The position numbers and the translations under genes are program-made. DNA of 64,000 nt from Isurus oxyrinchus (Eukaryota), in assembly GCA_026770705.1 (NCBI GenBank), contig JANJGN010000002.1, positions 170,376,001 through 170,440,000 on the forward strand, written 5' to 3'. The first letter of the stretch is position 1; every line of letters starts with the position of its first letter. The notes beneath the pieces were generated by a model, which was not told the DNA's origin, did not search any database, and worked only from the letters and a program-made list of their open reading frames with translations. Positions 1-13,272 of the stretch are shown here, one piece after another.

Positions 1-326
1 GACCTCTGCCCCAGAAAACAGGAGGAAACAAATTTTTAGCCCAACCACTTTTGGGTTAGGTGAGCATTTAAATCATTTTGTACAAACTTGACTTAAATTG
101 CCTTGTTCACTGGCTTAAATGAGAGAATTTGTTATCTATCAGATTAAGCTCCCTTTTCGTACATCCATGGCTTTGAAACTTCCTTGTATCTTTGTATTGT
201 CCTGCCGCAACCAATTCCACTGGAATTTATAATGCTTTAGATCATGAAGAGCTCTGGCCCAGCAAACTGAGTCCTACATCCAATCCTTATTTCATTCTCT
301 CAGGAACTCTTTTTTTTGTATTCATT

Positions 327-933
327 CATGGGATGTGGGCTTTGCTGGCTGGGCCAGTATTCATTGCCTATCCCTGATGAGAAGGTGGTGGTGAGCTGTC
401 TCCTTGAACCACTGCAGTCCGTGTGGTGTAGGTAAACCCACTGTGCTGTTAGGAGGGAGTTCCAGGATTTTGGCCCAGCGACAGTGAAGGAACAGCAATA
501 TATTTCCAAGTCAGGATGGTGAGTGGCTTGGAGGGGAACTTTCAGGTGGTGGTGTTCCCATCTATCTGCAGCCCTTGTCCTTCTAGATGGTAGTAGTCAT
601 GGGTTTGGAAGGTGCTATGTAAGGAGCCTTGGTGAATTCCTGCAGTGCATCTTGTAGATGGCATACACTGCTGCTACTATGGTGTAGATAGTGAACCATC
701 TACAAGGCCAAAGCCAGGAGTGTGATGGAATACTCTCCCCTTGCCTGGATGAGTGCAGCTCCAGCAACACTGAAGAAGCCTAACACCATCCATGACAAAG
801 CAGTCCACTTAATTGACATGCCATCTACAAACATTCACTCCCTCCACCACCGACGCACAATGGTAGCAGTGTGTATCATCTACAAGATGCACTGAAGGAA
901 TTCACCAAGACTTCTTAGACAGCGCCTTCCAAA
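327..933. mobile_element. Two opposed LINE/SINE 3'-end fragments (CR1/L2-type)
   Basis: The segment gatgcactgcaggaattcaccaaggctcct..caccttccaaa occurs on - (~600-660) and on + (~880-933); related sequence recurs at ~3060-3350 and 44120-44340. Confidence 0.55.
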
Positions 934-1266
934 AATATGTCATGTTTTGCTCCAAGATGCTTGTGGAAACACAAATACTCATAGCCCGCAAAGTTCAGGG
1001 ATCCTCTCTTAATCAAGAGAAGTGTAGTGGTGAAGTGTAGAAGAAGTTGGCTGTCTGACCAGAGGAGGACAAGGCCTTGGACAGAAGACATTAAATCAGT
1101 TTATTATAAATGCTCCTAAGGAAGTGAATGAGCATCTTTTCAAATTTAATTGATCTTCTCGTTGAGGAAAAGAATGTACACGATATGTTTGCACAGCTGT
1201 AGGAAAAGCTGGAAATATAGGAGAGATCTTGAGTTGCAACCCTTCCAGTGCATAACATGAACACAA

Positions 1267-1452
1267 GGGGGTAATTTTGACCTTGTGTGACTGTGTAAAA
1301 CAGGCATTATCGGCTGCAGCGGGCGTTTCACACTGGCTGGCCGTTAATTGACCAGCCAGCGTGAAGTCTCAGTCAGGGCCCAATTACAGGCGATGGTCTG
1401 TTTCGCAGCCGCCCCCACCGAGCCTGCCTGATGACTGGAAAATCCTGACCCC
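1267..1452. mobile_element. Short MITE, probably Harbinger-related
   Basis: GGGGGTAATTTT ... AAAATCCTGACCCC ends; internal palindrome ctggctggccgttaattgaccagccag. Confidence 0.4.
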
Positions 1453-2144
1453 AGTGTCTGAGCAGAGCTATGAAGTGGAAACTGTCACCTTAATGTACCA
1501 CATTCACCTTAATACAAATTTGTATAATCTTGTAGTCAAGTGGCACATTAACCTAATGCAAATTTTAGAGCTGCAGAAAATTCATTTCTAACTTGAAGAC
1601 ATTGTTTTGTATTTCTGTTTTTAAAAGCTGATATGACTTAAGGAGTTCCTACATTGGAATATGGTCAGATTCTTAGTGTGAGTTGTTTTTGTTTCCCGAG
1701 TTTTTTTTTTCTCCTAAAGGTGGGGCTTTTGTGTTGGGAACCATTCCAGAGGTACTGATAACTCTCGAGCAATTCACCCAATTGGTTATTCTTTAAGTGG
1801 GAGCCTTGATAATGAATTCTGGTAATCTGTTGCACTATGATGGAAATCACATCGGCCAAGTCTGATCTTGATGTTGTAGTTCACTGTCCACACACTTATG
1901 GTTTCCTGTAGGAGTCATTGAAAGCAAGTGGGAACAGGAGCCCTGGTTTCTTAAAAATATTTTTTATTTATTGCTGCATTGACTGATATCAACTAGCAAA
2001 GTGTGGAGTGAATTTGGAGAGTGAATTTTCACATTATTGATCCACCTAAATTACGAAGGAGCAGGTTGGACTGAGACCACTTGACTTGGACATTGCAACT
2101 CAATGCTCTGCATCCCAGGCTCTATGAGTGTTAGATTTGGTGAC

Positions 2145-2625
2145 AGCCTTGGCTCAATTAATAGCACATTAACCTCAGAATCAGATTGTTGCGAGTTCAT
2201 GCTCTCACTCTAGAGACTTGAGCACATAATCTACTGAAGGAGTGCTGCACTGTCAGGGATGCCTTCTTTCAGATCACACATTAAACCAAGACCCTGTCTG
2301 TCCTCTCAGGTAGATGTAAAAGATCACATGGCACCATTCAAAGAAGAGCAGGAGAGTTCTTTCAGCCTCCTGGTCAATTTATAATCCTCAACCAACATCT
2401 AAAACAGTTGATCATTTATTTCATATTGTTTATTCAAACTTTCTGTGTGCAAATTAGCTGCCATGTTTCCCTACATTACAACAACATTGCATTTCTATAG
2501 TTCCTCTAACAGAATAAAATGAATTAAGACACTTGTGGGGATGTCATCAAACAAAATTGAACAAATGATGCACTTCAAAAGTACTTGGGATGTCCTGAGA
2601 ATGTTGCTGATTGTGAAAGTATAAA
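2145..2625 (+). mobile_element. Deu-domain SINE (SacSINE1/AmnSINE1-like)
   Basis: tRNA-like head, then the Deu core tagatgtaaaagatcacatggcaccattcaaagaagagcaggagagttct, recognised from memory. Confidence 0.7.
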
Positions 2626-2773
2626 GAGTTTGCTCTTTTAATTTTAGGAAAAGTCTTCTCACAACAGACAAGAGCAAAACAGTACAAATACTGAAATTGA
2701 ATTAGAAAATATTGGAAGCACACAACAGGTCAGTCAGCAGCTGTAAAGAGAAAAGATATGTCTCGATTTTATA

Positions 2774-3063
2774 GGGCAGAAGCTTCTGGTTGGCATGCAA
2801 GGGTGGGCCCCACATACCGACGTATAAAATGACGCACGTTGACATCAAGCATGCTTCCCGATGTCACCGTGTGTCATTCTGATCTTCTGTTCAGCGGGCG
2901 TGCACCGGAGTCAGCTGCGCACCCGCTGAGCTGTCAAAGGGTTGTTAAGGCCATTAATAAACTAATTAAAGCAATTGTCAGGGCTGCCCATCCAACCTTT
3001 GTAGGCAGGTGAAGAGCCCAAGCGGCCTTCACATTTCTCATGAAACCTCATCCACGGGCGGGG
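2774..3063 (+). mobile_element. Truncated Harbinger-type MITE
   Basis: Starts GGGCAGAA; colinear with the left halves of the MITEs at 7391, 17796 and 51302. Confidence 0.7.
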
Positions 3064-4089
3064 TGCATTCCAATTCTGCAATCTCTGCCACCAGGAAGAA
3101 CCAGGGCAGCATATGAATAGGAACACCCTCACTTGCAAGTGTTCTTCCATGTGACATACCATCCTGACTTGGAACTGTATCACCATCTCTTCGCTGTCCC
3201 TGGGTTAAAATCTTTGATCTCCTTCCCTAACAGCACTGTGGGTATACCTACTCAACAAGGCCTGCAACAGTTCAAGATAGTGACTCACCACCACTTTCTC
3301 AAGGTAATCAATGCTGACCTTGCTAGAGTCGCTCACACCCCATCAAGGAATTGGATGCTGTGCTGAAAGACCTCACGCAAGTGGCCAAAATCAGTGAATG
3401 CATCCTCGCAAGTCATCTCATACCAACTGCATCGCAAGCCTCATACATTGCTGCATTTACCACAACCCTTACTGTCACCTCGCATGTACAGCACTATTTC
3501 CTGAAAACTTTATCAACTGTTCTCAATTCCTCCAAACACCAATTACTTCCACAAGCTTAGAAAGAACCATTAGAAAGCAATAAGTAACTAACCTGCAAAT
3601 TATTGACGACGCCCTTAAATGCAGCTGGTGCAAATCCTTCTTGCTGCTGAATGTATGTTCAACTCTCTGTGTTAAAAAGATGTTAACTAGAGTGGCAAGG
3701 CCAAAAATGGCAGATCAGGTACGAATTCAATATTCGACACTGACTGACGTCACAATCTGCTGACTCTATATAATTCTAGCCCATGCTCATCACATTCATG
3801 TTAATGCGCTCACCAAGATGATGGACGCAAATAACACAGACACTATTTTACTACTAATCTGGCTGTTGGAGCACTGACACTATGAAGCAGAACATTGCAG
3901 CCACAATCTTGTGTAGTAGATATATTACTCGTGATGTAGACAGGTATTCAGCATCAGAGAAATTTAAAAGTATTGAAATTGACTTTGCAATATTAGATAG
4001 ACCAAAAAATTGGAAAATTGCAGAAATTACTATGGACATTGTAAATATTGGTGCAAATCATGAAAAATGTAATTCTTTAATCCTTTCAT

Positions 4090-4445
4090 GGGTGTAGGTG
4101 TCACTGGCACAGCCAGCATTTGTTACCCATCCCTAATTGCCCTTAAACAGAATGGCTTGCTAGGCCATTTCAGAAGGCAGTTAAGAGTCAACCACATGTA
4201 GGCCAAACTGGGTAAAGATGGCAGATTTCCTTCCCTAAAGGACATTAGTGAACCAGATGGGGTTTTTACAACAAATGATGATAGTTTCATGGTCACTATT
4301 ACTGAGACTAGCTTTCCATTCCAGACTTTATTATTTAAAATTTCATCAGCTACCATGGTAGGATTTGAACCCATGTCCCCTAGGTATTAGCCTGAACCTC
4401 TAGATTACTTTATCTAGAGAGATTACCACTCCACCATCATCTGCC
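4090..4445 (-). mobile_element. tRNA-derived SINE
   Basis: B-box-like GGGTTCAAATCC on -; body shared with other SINE fragments in the window. Confidence 0.55.
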
Positions 4446-4934
4446 CCATTTCTGTTCTATCATTTTAAAGTAGCTTGGTTAATATCTTACAGATCCAATA
4501 CAGCCTACCTGATTATGTACAAAAGAAAAGAGAGTAAGGTATGGCAATGTGTACAATTCAAATCAGTAATTGTGTTATCTTGAGCAAATGATAAATTTAC
4601 TAAATACTCCATTGTACTGTATATAAGAGCTAACATTTATATTAGTTTGCATTTTGTAACATCAAAGCTTTCCTGCTGTCCCACCCATATTCTGAAGAAA
4701 CATAACTTGTGCTAAGATGTCTCTACCAAGAATAAACCTTGCACTGCAAGTCTTTCACAACCAAAACATTATCTTTAATATATTAACATTTCAAGTTGTG
4801 ACTCCAAGCAGTCAGATCTGGTTAACTTCTTAATTTGCAGCTAGATTATGGTGTTAGGAGCCCTTTGAAAGCTGAATTTACTATTAAATATTAAAGAATG
4901 GTGGAACATGATTGAGAGGGTACACCATGGTATT

Positions 4935-5510
4935 TTTATAATGCATTGGAGGCCTTGATGGAAGATATGGAACAGAAGAGATAAAACCTGTATCTGCAGT
5001 GGGGATGGAGGCCCTCCAGGCACATGCTCAAGAGGCAACAGGAAGAAATACCAAAAGAAAACACTTGTGCTGCCTGCTCTTTTAAATGATTTCTATGTGC
5101 AACCAGGGTTACCTACACTATTTGTTGGCTGTATACACTGGCAAGAGTTTTGATATTTTGAGTGACTAATTAACAGCAGCCTACACCTCTTAAAGGGGTG
5201 GTTCATTTTGGGTGCAACAAGTGGTGGGAGTTTATTCAAAATTAAATGAGAACTGTGATTCTTTCAGCAATGGTGGAATCTGCAAGGTAGTGCACACCAA
5301 GGTTTTCATACAATGCACTGGAAGCCTCTGTGGGAGAAATGGAAAGGAGGAGAGATGTCCTGAATCTGTAGTGGGGCAGGGACCCTTCATCCACATGTTC
5401 AGGAGCCATGAAAAGAAACAGTAGAGGATGATGATGCCAGGAGTGTTGCTTACCAAGAATGGATGCAGTGCAGGAAGAAGTTTAATAATCTCAAACAAGT
5501 TATCGAGTTA
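4935..5510 (+). mobile_element. Decayed Harbinger Myb/SANT gene remnants
   Basis: ALEALMEDMEQKR.. and LEASVGEMERRRDVL..MQCRKKFNNLKQV match the Myb-like exon 1 at 6571 and 35818. Confidence 0.55.
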
Positions 5511-5724
5511 AATAACTACAACTTCAAATGGCATATCATACCAATTACACCAATAATCTCATCCACTGCTAAATTTACCATATCCACTTATCTTCCAACA
5601 ATCTCTATCAATCAGGACTCAAACCTAAAAGTCATGTGCTTCACCCTCACACTTAGCACTGTTACAAGCCTCAGACCCACAAGTCACAACTTGCACATAT
5701 TGACAGCTATTTAATTATAAACAT

Positions 5725-6125
5725 ATGACAACATAAAGAGTAGGAGTTGGCCTTTTGGCCCCTTGTGTCAGTTCTGCTCCTCAATAAGATCATGGCATAT
5801 ACGGTAGATGTAGAGAAGATATTTCCATTTACAGATGAGTCCAGAACTTGTGTTCATAAAATGTAAGATGGCAACTAATAAATCCAATGTGGAATTAGGA
5901 GAAGCATTTTTACCCAAAGAGTAGTTAGAATGTGCAACTTACTAACACAAGGAGTAGTTGAGGCAAATAGCATAGTTGCATTTAATGGGAAGCTAGGTAA
6001 GCACATAAGGGAGAAAGGAATAGAAGGACATGTAGCTGGGGTTAAAGAGGGGTGGGAAGGGGATTGTTTGGACTATAAACACTGGCATGGACCTGTTGGG
6101 CTGAATGACGTATTTCTGTGCCACA
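5725..6125 (+). mobile_element. CR1 LINE 3' fragment
   Basis: CR1-type C-terminal text (..FTQRVVRMCNLL..) and 3' tail. Confidence 0.65.
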
Positions 6126-6570
6126 ATTACTTTTAATCCATTCTCTGTAACCTATCTACTATCTATTTTTTTTTCTCTGACCAACAGCCAAGATGTTACG
6201 GTAATAGCTGGTTCTAATTCTGCTGCTTCCTGTCACTTGATTACAGATGTTTATTGTTGCCAAGTGCTGTCTTGATTTTCCTGTTGGTAGTCTGGGCAGA
6301 ATTTTCTGCTCCAAAGACTAAGTGTGGTGTCGGGTGGGAAAAGCAGCACATTTCCCACAGTCTGGCATGGCGGATTTCTGTGCCAGATTGTCTGCTTTTC
6401 AGCTCATTATATATACCTGAATGTGGAGCATATCATATCTAGTGGCAGGGCGGGCTAGGATTTGTCCATCAAACCAAGATCTCATTGGATCATCTTTCTG
6501 GGGTCCATATTTAAACTCCACCAATGCACATCGTTTACTGTCTACACCCCAGGGCTGGTCATGGTGACTG

Positions 6571-7200
6571 ATGGCCCTGGGGAGGAAGAAGCCTACTGCC
6601 TCCAAGTTTATTGACAATGCACAGGGGGCACTCCTGGACACAGTGGGTGCAAACCAGGACATCCTTTACCCCCAAGATGGGAGAAGGAGATCCATTAACT
6701 TCACCACACCAGTTTGGGAGCAGGTCACCAGGGTGGTCAGCACCAGTGCTCTGCAGAAGAGGATGAGTGATCTCATCCACTCCACCAGAGGTAAGTCAAT
6801 CTTCTCCTCACTCTCAACTCTCATTCTCACAAGCCCACCAGGTATTTGCAGGGTTACAATCCACAGGGATCTCACACACTACCAGCACAAGGGACATTAG
6901 CGCTGACTCAAACACAGTTTGACATCTTCATCTATTCTCAAATCTTATGAAGTCCTTACACAGGCCCACTTAGAACCCAAAGCATGCTTATCATCTGCCT
7001 TGGCATCCTTCCTGCTCACAGTCTGTCCATTTGTTTTTATGCAGGAGAAGATTGCCCACAACAAAAGCGAGAGATCCCAGATTGGAGGGAAGGTGCCAGA
7101 GCTCAGGGTCCTCGCACTGTATAAAGAATGTGTGGCAGAGCTGGCCAGCTAGAACTGGGACCATTCTGTGCCAAGAGTGAGACAGGTGTCTCCCAAGCCA
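6571..7200 (+). pseudogene. Harbinger Myb/SANT-like DNA-binding protein, exons 1-2
   Basis: MALGRKKPTASKF..W..V..KRMSDLIHSTR|gtaagt, intron, gcag|EKIAHNKSERSQIGG; internal deletion and stops. Confidence 0.7.
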
Positions 7201-7212
7201 GTGAGGACCCAG

Positions 7213-9370
7213 CATACAAACAGACAAGTTAAGAGCAGGAATAGGCCTCTTGGCCCCTCAAGCCTGCTCCGCCATTTAATAAAATCATGGCTGATCTGAA
7301 TCTCAACTTCACATTCCTGCATGCCCTTGATAACCTTTCACCCCTTTGTTAATCAAGAATCTATCTAGCTCTGCCTTAAAAATATTCAAAGGGCAGAATT
7401 TTACGAATCGGCGAGCGGGGGCGGGGCCCGCTCACCGATGCGTAAAATGATGTGCAGCGATGTCAGGGGGATCTCCCGGCATCACCGTGCCCCATTTAAA
7501 TTTTCAAGAAGGCGGGAGCGCAGCAAAATCAGCTGCACGCCCGCCGACCTGTTGATGGGCAATTGAGGCTTTCGACAGATTCAATTAAGTAATTAAAGGA
7601 CCTGCCCGTCCAACCTTAAGGTTGGTGAGCAGGCCAGGAGCCCCAGTGGGAACTAGAAAAAACATGAAACCTCATCCACAGGCAGGATGAGGTTTCATGG
7701 AGGCTTTAAAAAAATTTAAGTGAAGGTTTTGTGAAAATTATGGACATGTTCCAGCTCGTGTGACTTTGTCATATGAGGGGACATGTTAGGGAAATTTTAT
7801 TTTCTATTTTTGTCTTTTTCACATTTAGAGCTAATCTCCCTGAGGCAGCACTTAGCCTCAGGGAGATGAGTGCGCTCTTGTGTGCGCACGCGCGAAAGAG
7901 CGCACTCTCGAATTTGGGATTCCCCCCGCCCACACAGGGAGTGCATAGCGCTTCCATGCGGATGTCAAGCTGGGTGGGCCTTAATTGGCCCGTCCACGTA
8001 AAATGGCAGCGCGCCTGCCCATCAGCCTCCTCCCCCAATGGGGGGGGGGGGGGAGAAATTCAGCCCAAAGACTCTGCTTCTACCGCCTGTTGAGGAAGAA
8101 AGTTCCAAAGACCCACAACCCTCTGAGAGAAAAAGTTTCTCCTCATCTCTGTCTTAAATGAGCGACCCCTTATTTTCAGTGACCCCTTGTCCTAGATTCT
8201 CCCACAACAGGAAACATCCCCTCCCCATCCACCCTCTCAAGACCCCTCAGGATCTTAAAGGTTTCAGTTAAGTCACCTTTTACTCTCCTAAATTCCAGCA
8301 GATACAAGCCTAACCTGTCCAGCCTTTCCTCATAAGACATCCCACCCATTCCTGGTATTAGTCTAGTAAACCTTCTCTAAACTGCTTCTAATGCATTTAC
8401 ATCTTTCTTTAAATAAGGAGACCACTACTGTACACAGTACTCCAGATGTGGCCTTACCAGTGCCCTGTATAACTTAAACATAACCTCCCTACTTTTGTAA
8501 TCAATTCCCCTCACAATAAGTGATAATATTCTATTAACTTTCCCAATTACCTGCTGTATCTGCATACTAACCTTTTGTGATTCATGCACGAGGATACTCA
8601 GATCCCTCTGAATCTCAGAGCTCTGCATCCTCTCATTATTTAGATAATAAGCTTCCTTTTCATTCTTCCTGCCAAAATAAACAATTTCACACTTGCCCAC
8701 ATTATACTCCATTTGCCAGATCTTTTCTCACTCACTTAACTTATCTATGTCACTTTGTGGCCTCCTTACATACTCTAACAGTTTACTTTCCTACCTATGT
8801 TTGTGTTGTCAGCAAACGTAGCAACTATCCTTTTGGTACCTTCATCCAAGTCATATATATAAATTGTAAAAAGTTGAAGCCCCAGAACTGATCCCTGTGG
8901 CACACCACTCGTCGTGTCCTGCCAACCAGAAAAAGACTCATTTATGCCAACTCTCTGCTTTCTTTTAGCTACCCAATCTTCTACCCATGCCAGTATGTTA
9001 CCCCCTACACCATGAGCTTTTATTTTCTGTGATACCTTTGATGTGGCACTTTACCAAATGCCTTCTGGAAATCTAAATATAGTACATCCATCAGTTTCCC
9101 CTTTATCCACAGCACATGTGACTCCTTCAAAGAACTCCAATAAATTGGTTAAACACGATTTCTTTTTTACAAGACCGTGTTGACTCTGCCTGATTGCCTT
9201 GAATTTTTCTAAGTGTCCTGCTATAATATCTTTAATAATAGTTTCTAATATTTTCCCTATGACTGATGTTAGGCTAACTGGCCTATAGTTTCCTGCTTTC
9301 TCTCTCCCTTCTTTTTTGAATAAAGAGTGATATTTGCTATTTTCCAATCTAATGGAACTTTCCCCAAATC
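7213..9370 (-). mobile_element. CR1 LINE (RT and 3' end) inserted into the Harbinger Myb gene
   Basis: ORFs 9051..9347 (NYRPVSLTS, QHG, SCLTNLLEFF) and 8425..8712 (LYRALVRPHLEYCVQ). Confidence 0.9.
7391..8066. mobile_element. Harbinger-type MITE (~680 bp) with 3-bp TSD AAA, inside the CR1
   Basis: TIRs GGGCAGAATTT / AAATTCAGCCC; removing it and one AAA restores the CR1 text aatattcaaagactctg. Confidence 0.88.
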
Positions 9371-10269
9371 AACAGCTGCTCATTCACCCAACAAAATTAT
9401 GAGTGCTTTGTAGTGTTTCTGATAATGCAGCCAATCACAAATTATCTCTTCTCTCTTTGACTGGCTCCAGCAGGAAAAGGAAGAGGCACATAGCCAGCCA
9501 GCTTATTAGCCGCAGCCCCCACAACACCTTGGATGAGGATCCTGAGGACACACCGGATGAAGACCCGTCATAGTGTTCAACTGTACCCTCCAACAGTGCA
9601 GAGAGACACACCTCAGTGCAACCTAGTATTAGAGCAGGTTCAAAGTCACAATCTGGTGAGCACATCATTGATTCAGGTTCACAGCAGGCAGAGGCAGGGA
9701 CATCCACGGTCACCAACACTCAGAGGACTACAGGAGGCCTGATGACTGCCTGAGCGGACAAACGGCAGTGCAGATTCAGAACCAAATTCACACATGAAGG
9801 TGATAACCACTGAGTGATGATTGTCTTCCTTGAGGTGCCTTGCCAGACTGCAGGCATACTGCCACAAGTGCATTGAGGATTGCAATGCTGCTTCTGCTCT
9901 TGAAGGCTGCCGTAGGCAGTGGAATGTTGGTGAGATGCTGTAAGAGGCTGCACCATCTCAACTCTGCTCACAAAATCCACTGTTGCAATTATTATCCCAT
10001 TAGAGGAAGGCCACATGCTTCTGAGGCTGCCTTATCTTCCAAGGATGAGGACATTGTGGTGCAAGATTGTCACTCCTCATTCAGAGATTGATGTGCTGTG
10101 TTGAGATGATTAGGATCACAAATGTGTTAAAGTGGATCCAGCATGGAGGGCACTAATGAAAGAGGTTCATATGAGCTAGTCATCATCACCCTTCTGGAAT
10201 CTGGTGGCTATAAACATTTCACATGCATACCTGCCTTATCTGGCCTGTGCTATGGCCTCTTCCTCTGCA

Positions 10270-11250
10270 GTCACCGTTTTCACCCCCTCTTGACATCCTC
10301 ATCAAAGAAGGAGATGTGCAGTTCCCCCATCTCTCATTCTAGCAATCCTCCCTTTGGAGCGTCAGGTTGTATAGAGCACAGCAAATCATGATGATGCAGG
10401 AGACTTCTGGCAAGAGTACGGGAAAGCGCCGTCTGACCTGTCCAGATATCAAAAAGGCATCTTCAAGGTGCCAATAGTCAGCGCAATCAATGGGCATGTT
10501 GCAGAATGAGTAGCATTGCACCTTGCCTGTGAGGCAGTTTGTGGCTGCTGAACAAGGGTCAGCAACCACACCTTTTGTGGGCAGCCTTTGTCACCGAGGA
10601 CCCAATCCCAGATGTGCTGTATATCCTTGAAGGTCTGTGGCACTTGCGAGTGACTCAATGTAGGAGTCATGAGAGTTTCAAGGGTACCTCGCACATACCT
10701 GCATAATCTGCTTCTGGTGGTTGCAGAACCGCTGCACTTTGAGACACAGGAACCTTTTCCTATTGATGAATTGTAGTGGCTGCTGCTGAGGAACACTTAA
10801 AGCCGCAAGAGTGCAGTCGATGGCAGCTTGCACCTGTGGGAATCCAGAGATTGCTCCAAATCCCACTGGTCTGGCAGCCTGGCTGGTTTCATCTTGGAAG
10901 AACTGGATGTAATTATGCACCTTGCTAAATAGGGCACTGATGCATTTGTGAGCTGATGCTTGAGAAATCTCGCAGTGGACCCCTGGAACGAGCCTCTTGT
11001 GAAGAGGGTTCAGAGCAACGGCCACTTTTAGAGCCGCTGGCAATGGATGGCCTTCCAGTCTCTGCAGCACCAACTCTTCCTGGAGAATGTGGCAGATGTG
11101 AGCTTTTGCATCCCTTGACGTATCACTGTCTCTTGCTCATCTGGAGGCATGAGAAATGTCTTCTTGATCTTGCCCAACGCCTCCACTCAATGGCTTTGTC
11201 AGCCTCAGCTTCTGGGCGTTGAAGGGCTGGCCCTTGTTCGTCAGGGCAAG
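10270..11250 (-). pseudogene. Harbinger (HARBI1-like) DDE transposase, frameshifted
   Basis: ORFs 10678..11073 and 10449..10796: GFPQVQAAIDCT, FINRKRF, VCARYP, WVLGDKG. Confidence 0.85.
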
Positions 11251-13091
11251 ACTTTTCCCTTTGCCCAGCTTGGTAGTTTCGGGCTATCTTCTCCTTTTTG
11301 GTTGCTTGATTGCCAAGATAAAAGCAACATTGCCTGTTTCATCCATGAGGCACTCGTGTTTGGCTCTATGGAAACATTGAACAGAAACATGAATGAACAT
11401 AAACCTGCAATGGTCACCTTCCAGTCACTAACTAGGGAGTCATTGTGGAGCCCATGGGTTACTTTCATCCCAGCCATTACATCTCTACTTACTCTCCTGG
11501 AGTGCTGTTCCACCTTCTGGATCACTGGTAGGGTATGCACATTCCCACCCAACCTCCACCCACCTCCTCCAAATGCAAGAAGTATGACAGGGCTTTGATA
11601 CAAGGGCTTGGATCTGACCGAGTTCTTCCAGGCAACAGATGCCTCAGTCAGGGCACTGTCTGGCCATATCCTTTGGATTACACAGCAGGCACAACTTGCA
11701 CTCATGTTACAAGAGTAGTGGGGGTTGGGGTGTGGGGTTGGCCTTCAAGATCTGAAACTGACAGCTGCAAGGCTTTAGAGACCTTTGGGCCATTAGGCAT
11801 ATGCATTTTGACCCGTGGCCCCTTTTCAGTTGGCTCCATCTTACATTTGCGATTTCCCACAAGAGGGATAAAGAGTGCTTGGAAGCCAATCCTACAGAGG
11901 CCCCAATCGGGTTTATACTCTCACAAGAATGTGCAGCTGAGGTCAGGCGCCACATTCCTTAAATTGGCATTTGACCAACATGTCTTAGCTGTGCCTTCCA
12001 CTCTCTTTGGAAAAGTTGAAACTATTTGGGTACCCCTTCAATCAGCCCAACCCCAAACGCAAGACACATGGCAAGGTTTTGACACAGGGGCTTGGATCTG
12101 ACTGAGTTCTTCCAAGTGACAGAAGCCTCAGCCAGGGCATTGTCAGACTGTATTCTTTGGATTACACAGCAGGCACAACTTGCACTTATGTTATGAGAGT
12201 AGTGGGGGTAGGGGTGGTGGGAGGGGTTGGGGGGAGGGGAGGGTGGGGGTGTCGATTCCTCCAGCAAGCCCTGAGACCTTGCCCCGGCAATCTTATTCAT
12301 TGGTTGTTTTTCCACTGTGTCATTGGATCAGCTTGAAAAATGGTGGTGCTTACCAGGCTTCACTACCAAACCAACTTCGAGCTGGAGTGGGGGCTTGATT
12401 CTTGCGAGCTGCCTTTTTAATGAGTATTCATGATATTCAAATAAATGCAAATACAGTTCCCAACATGGCATGGCGGGCTACATGATCCACCATGAAAGTC
12501 AGGAGCGGAGAATTGCAAATTATTTTTACACCAGCAAGAAACAGACTTTTGGCCATTCTCACAATTAACCGCCCCGTCCACCATGACGCCTGCCACTGCC
12601 GGGACTGGAAAATCCCACCAACCATAGCAGGAGAGCAGTATGTTCATATAAATTCATCACTTTCCTCAAATAAAAGCTTTGAGAATTCAATCTTGAGTTC
12701 TCTCAAACACTTTGGAGAAAAGCAAGAAAACCCTCAAAGATAAGCCATGGGGTCCTTGTAAATCAGGAGTGCTTTTTCATTCCCCACTGAAAAAGGTTGT
12801 ATTGCTGCTGCTCCTGATCGCATCTCATCCCCTCCTTGCCACTCCCCCCACCCTCACAACCCCTACCCCACCAGAATTTACCTTGCTGCCGGCTGGTCAG
12901 CCTCTGAACCAGCCAATATTATGTCAGCTTAATTCACCTTAACTGGACACAAGCTGTATTAGACTGCTCATTTGGGGTGAGCGACTAATGGTTAAATGTA
13001 AATAAAGCCCAGGCCTCAAAATAGCTCTGTCCTTTTCACTGTGGGAATGGGTGGCCAGTGGCTATTGTAAAGGTACATTTATCACAATAGT

Positions 13092-13272
13092 GGGGAAATT
13101 TGGATTACAGCACTGTCACAAAATAAGGGTAAGCAGATCTGCCGCCCATTAAACACCATCCAATTTTATTCTCATTAACTTCAGTAAAAAGGGAAATTAG
13201 ATGGATCATGTAATGGCCAGCCAATCCACTACCACACATTTTACCCACCCCCTAAGAGTTGACAATTACCTC
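13092..13272. mobile_element. Old palindromic MITE remnant
   Basis: GGGGAAATTT start, imperfect internal dyad, ends acaattacctc. Confidence 0.35.

Larger units (their letters stand above)
6294..12620. mobile_element. Decayed autonomous-type PIF/Harbinger transposon (Myb gene on +, transposase on -) with nested CR1 and MITE
   Basis: Left TIR GGGCAGAATTTT at 6294, right end AAAATCCCACC ~12620; Myb/SANT exons at 6571-6790 and from 7045; HARBI1-like transposase on - at ~10270-11250. Confidence 0.7.
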
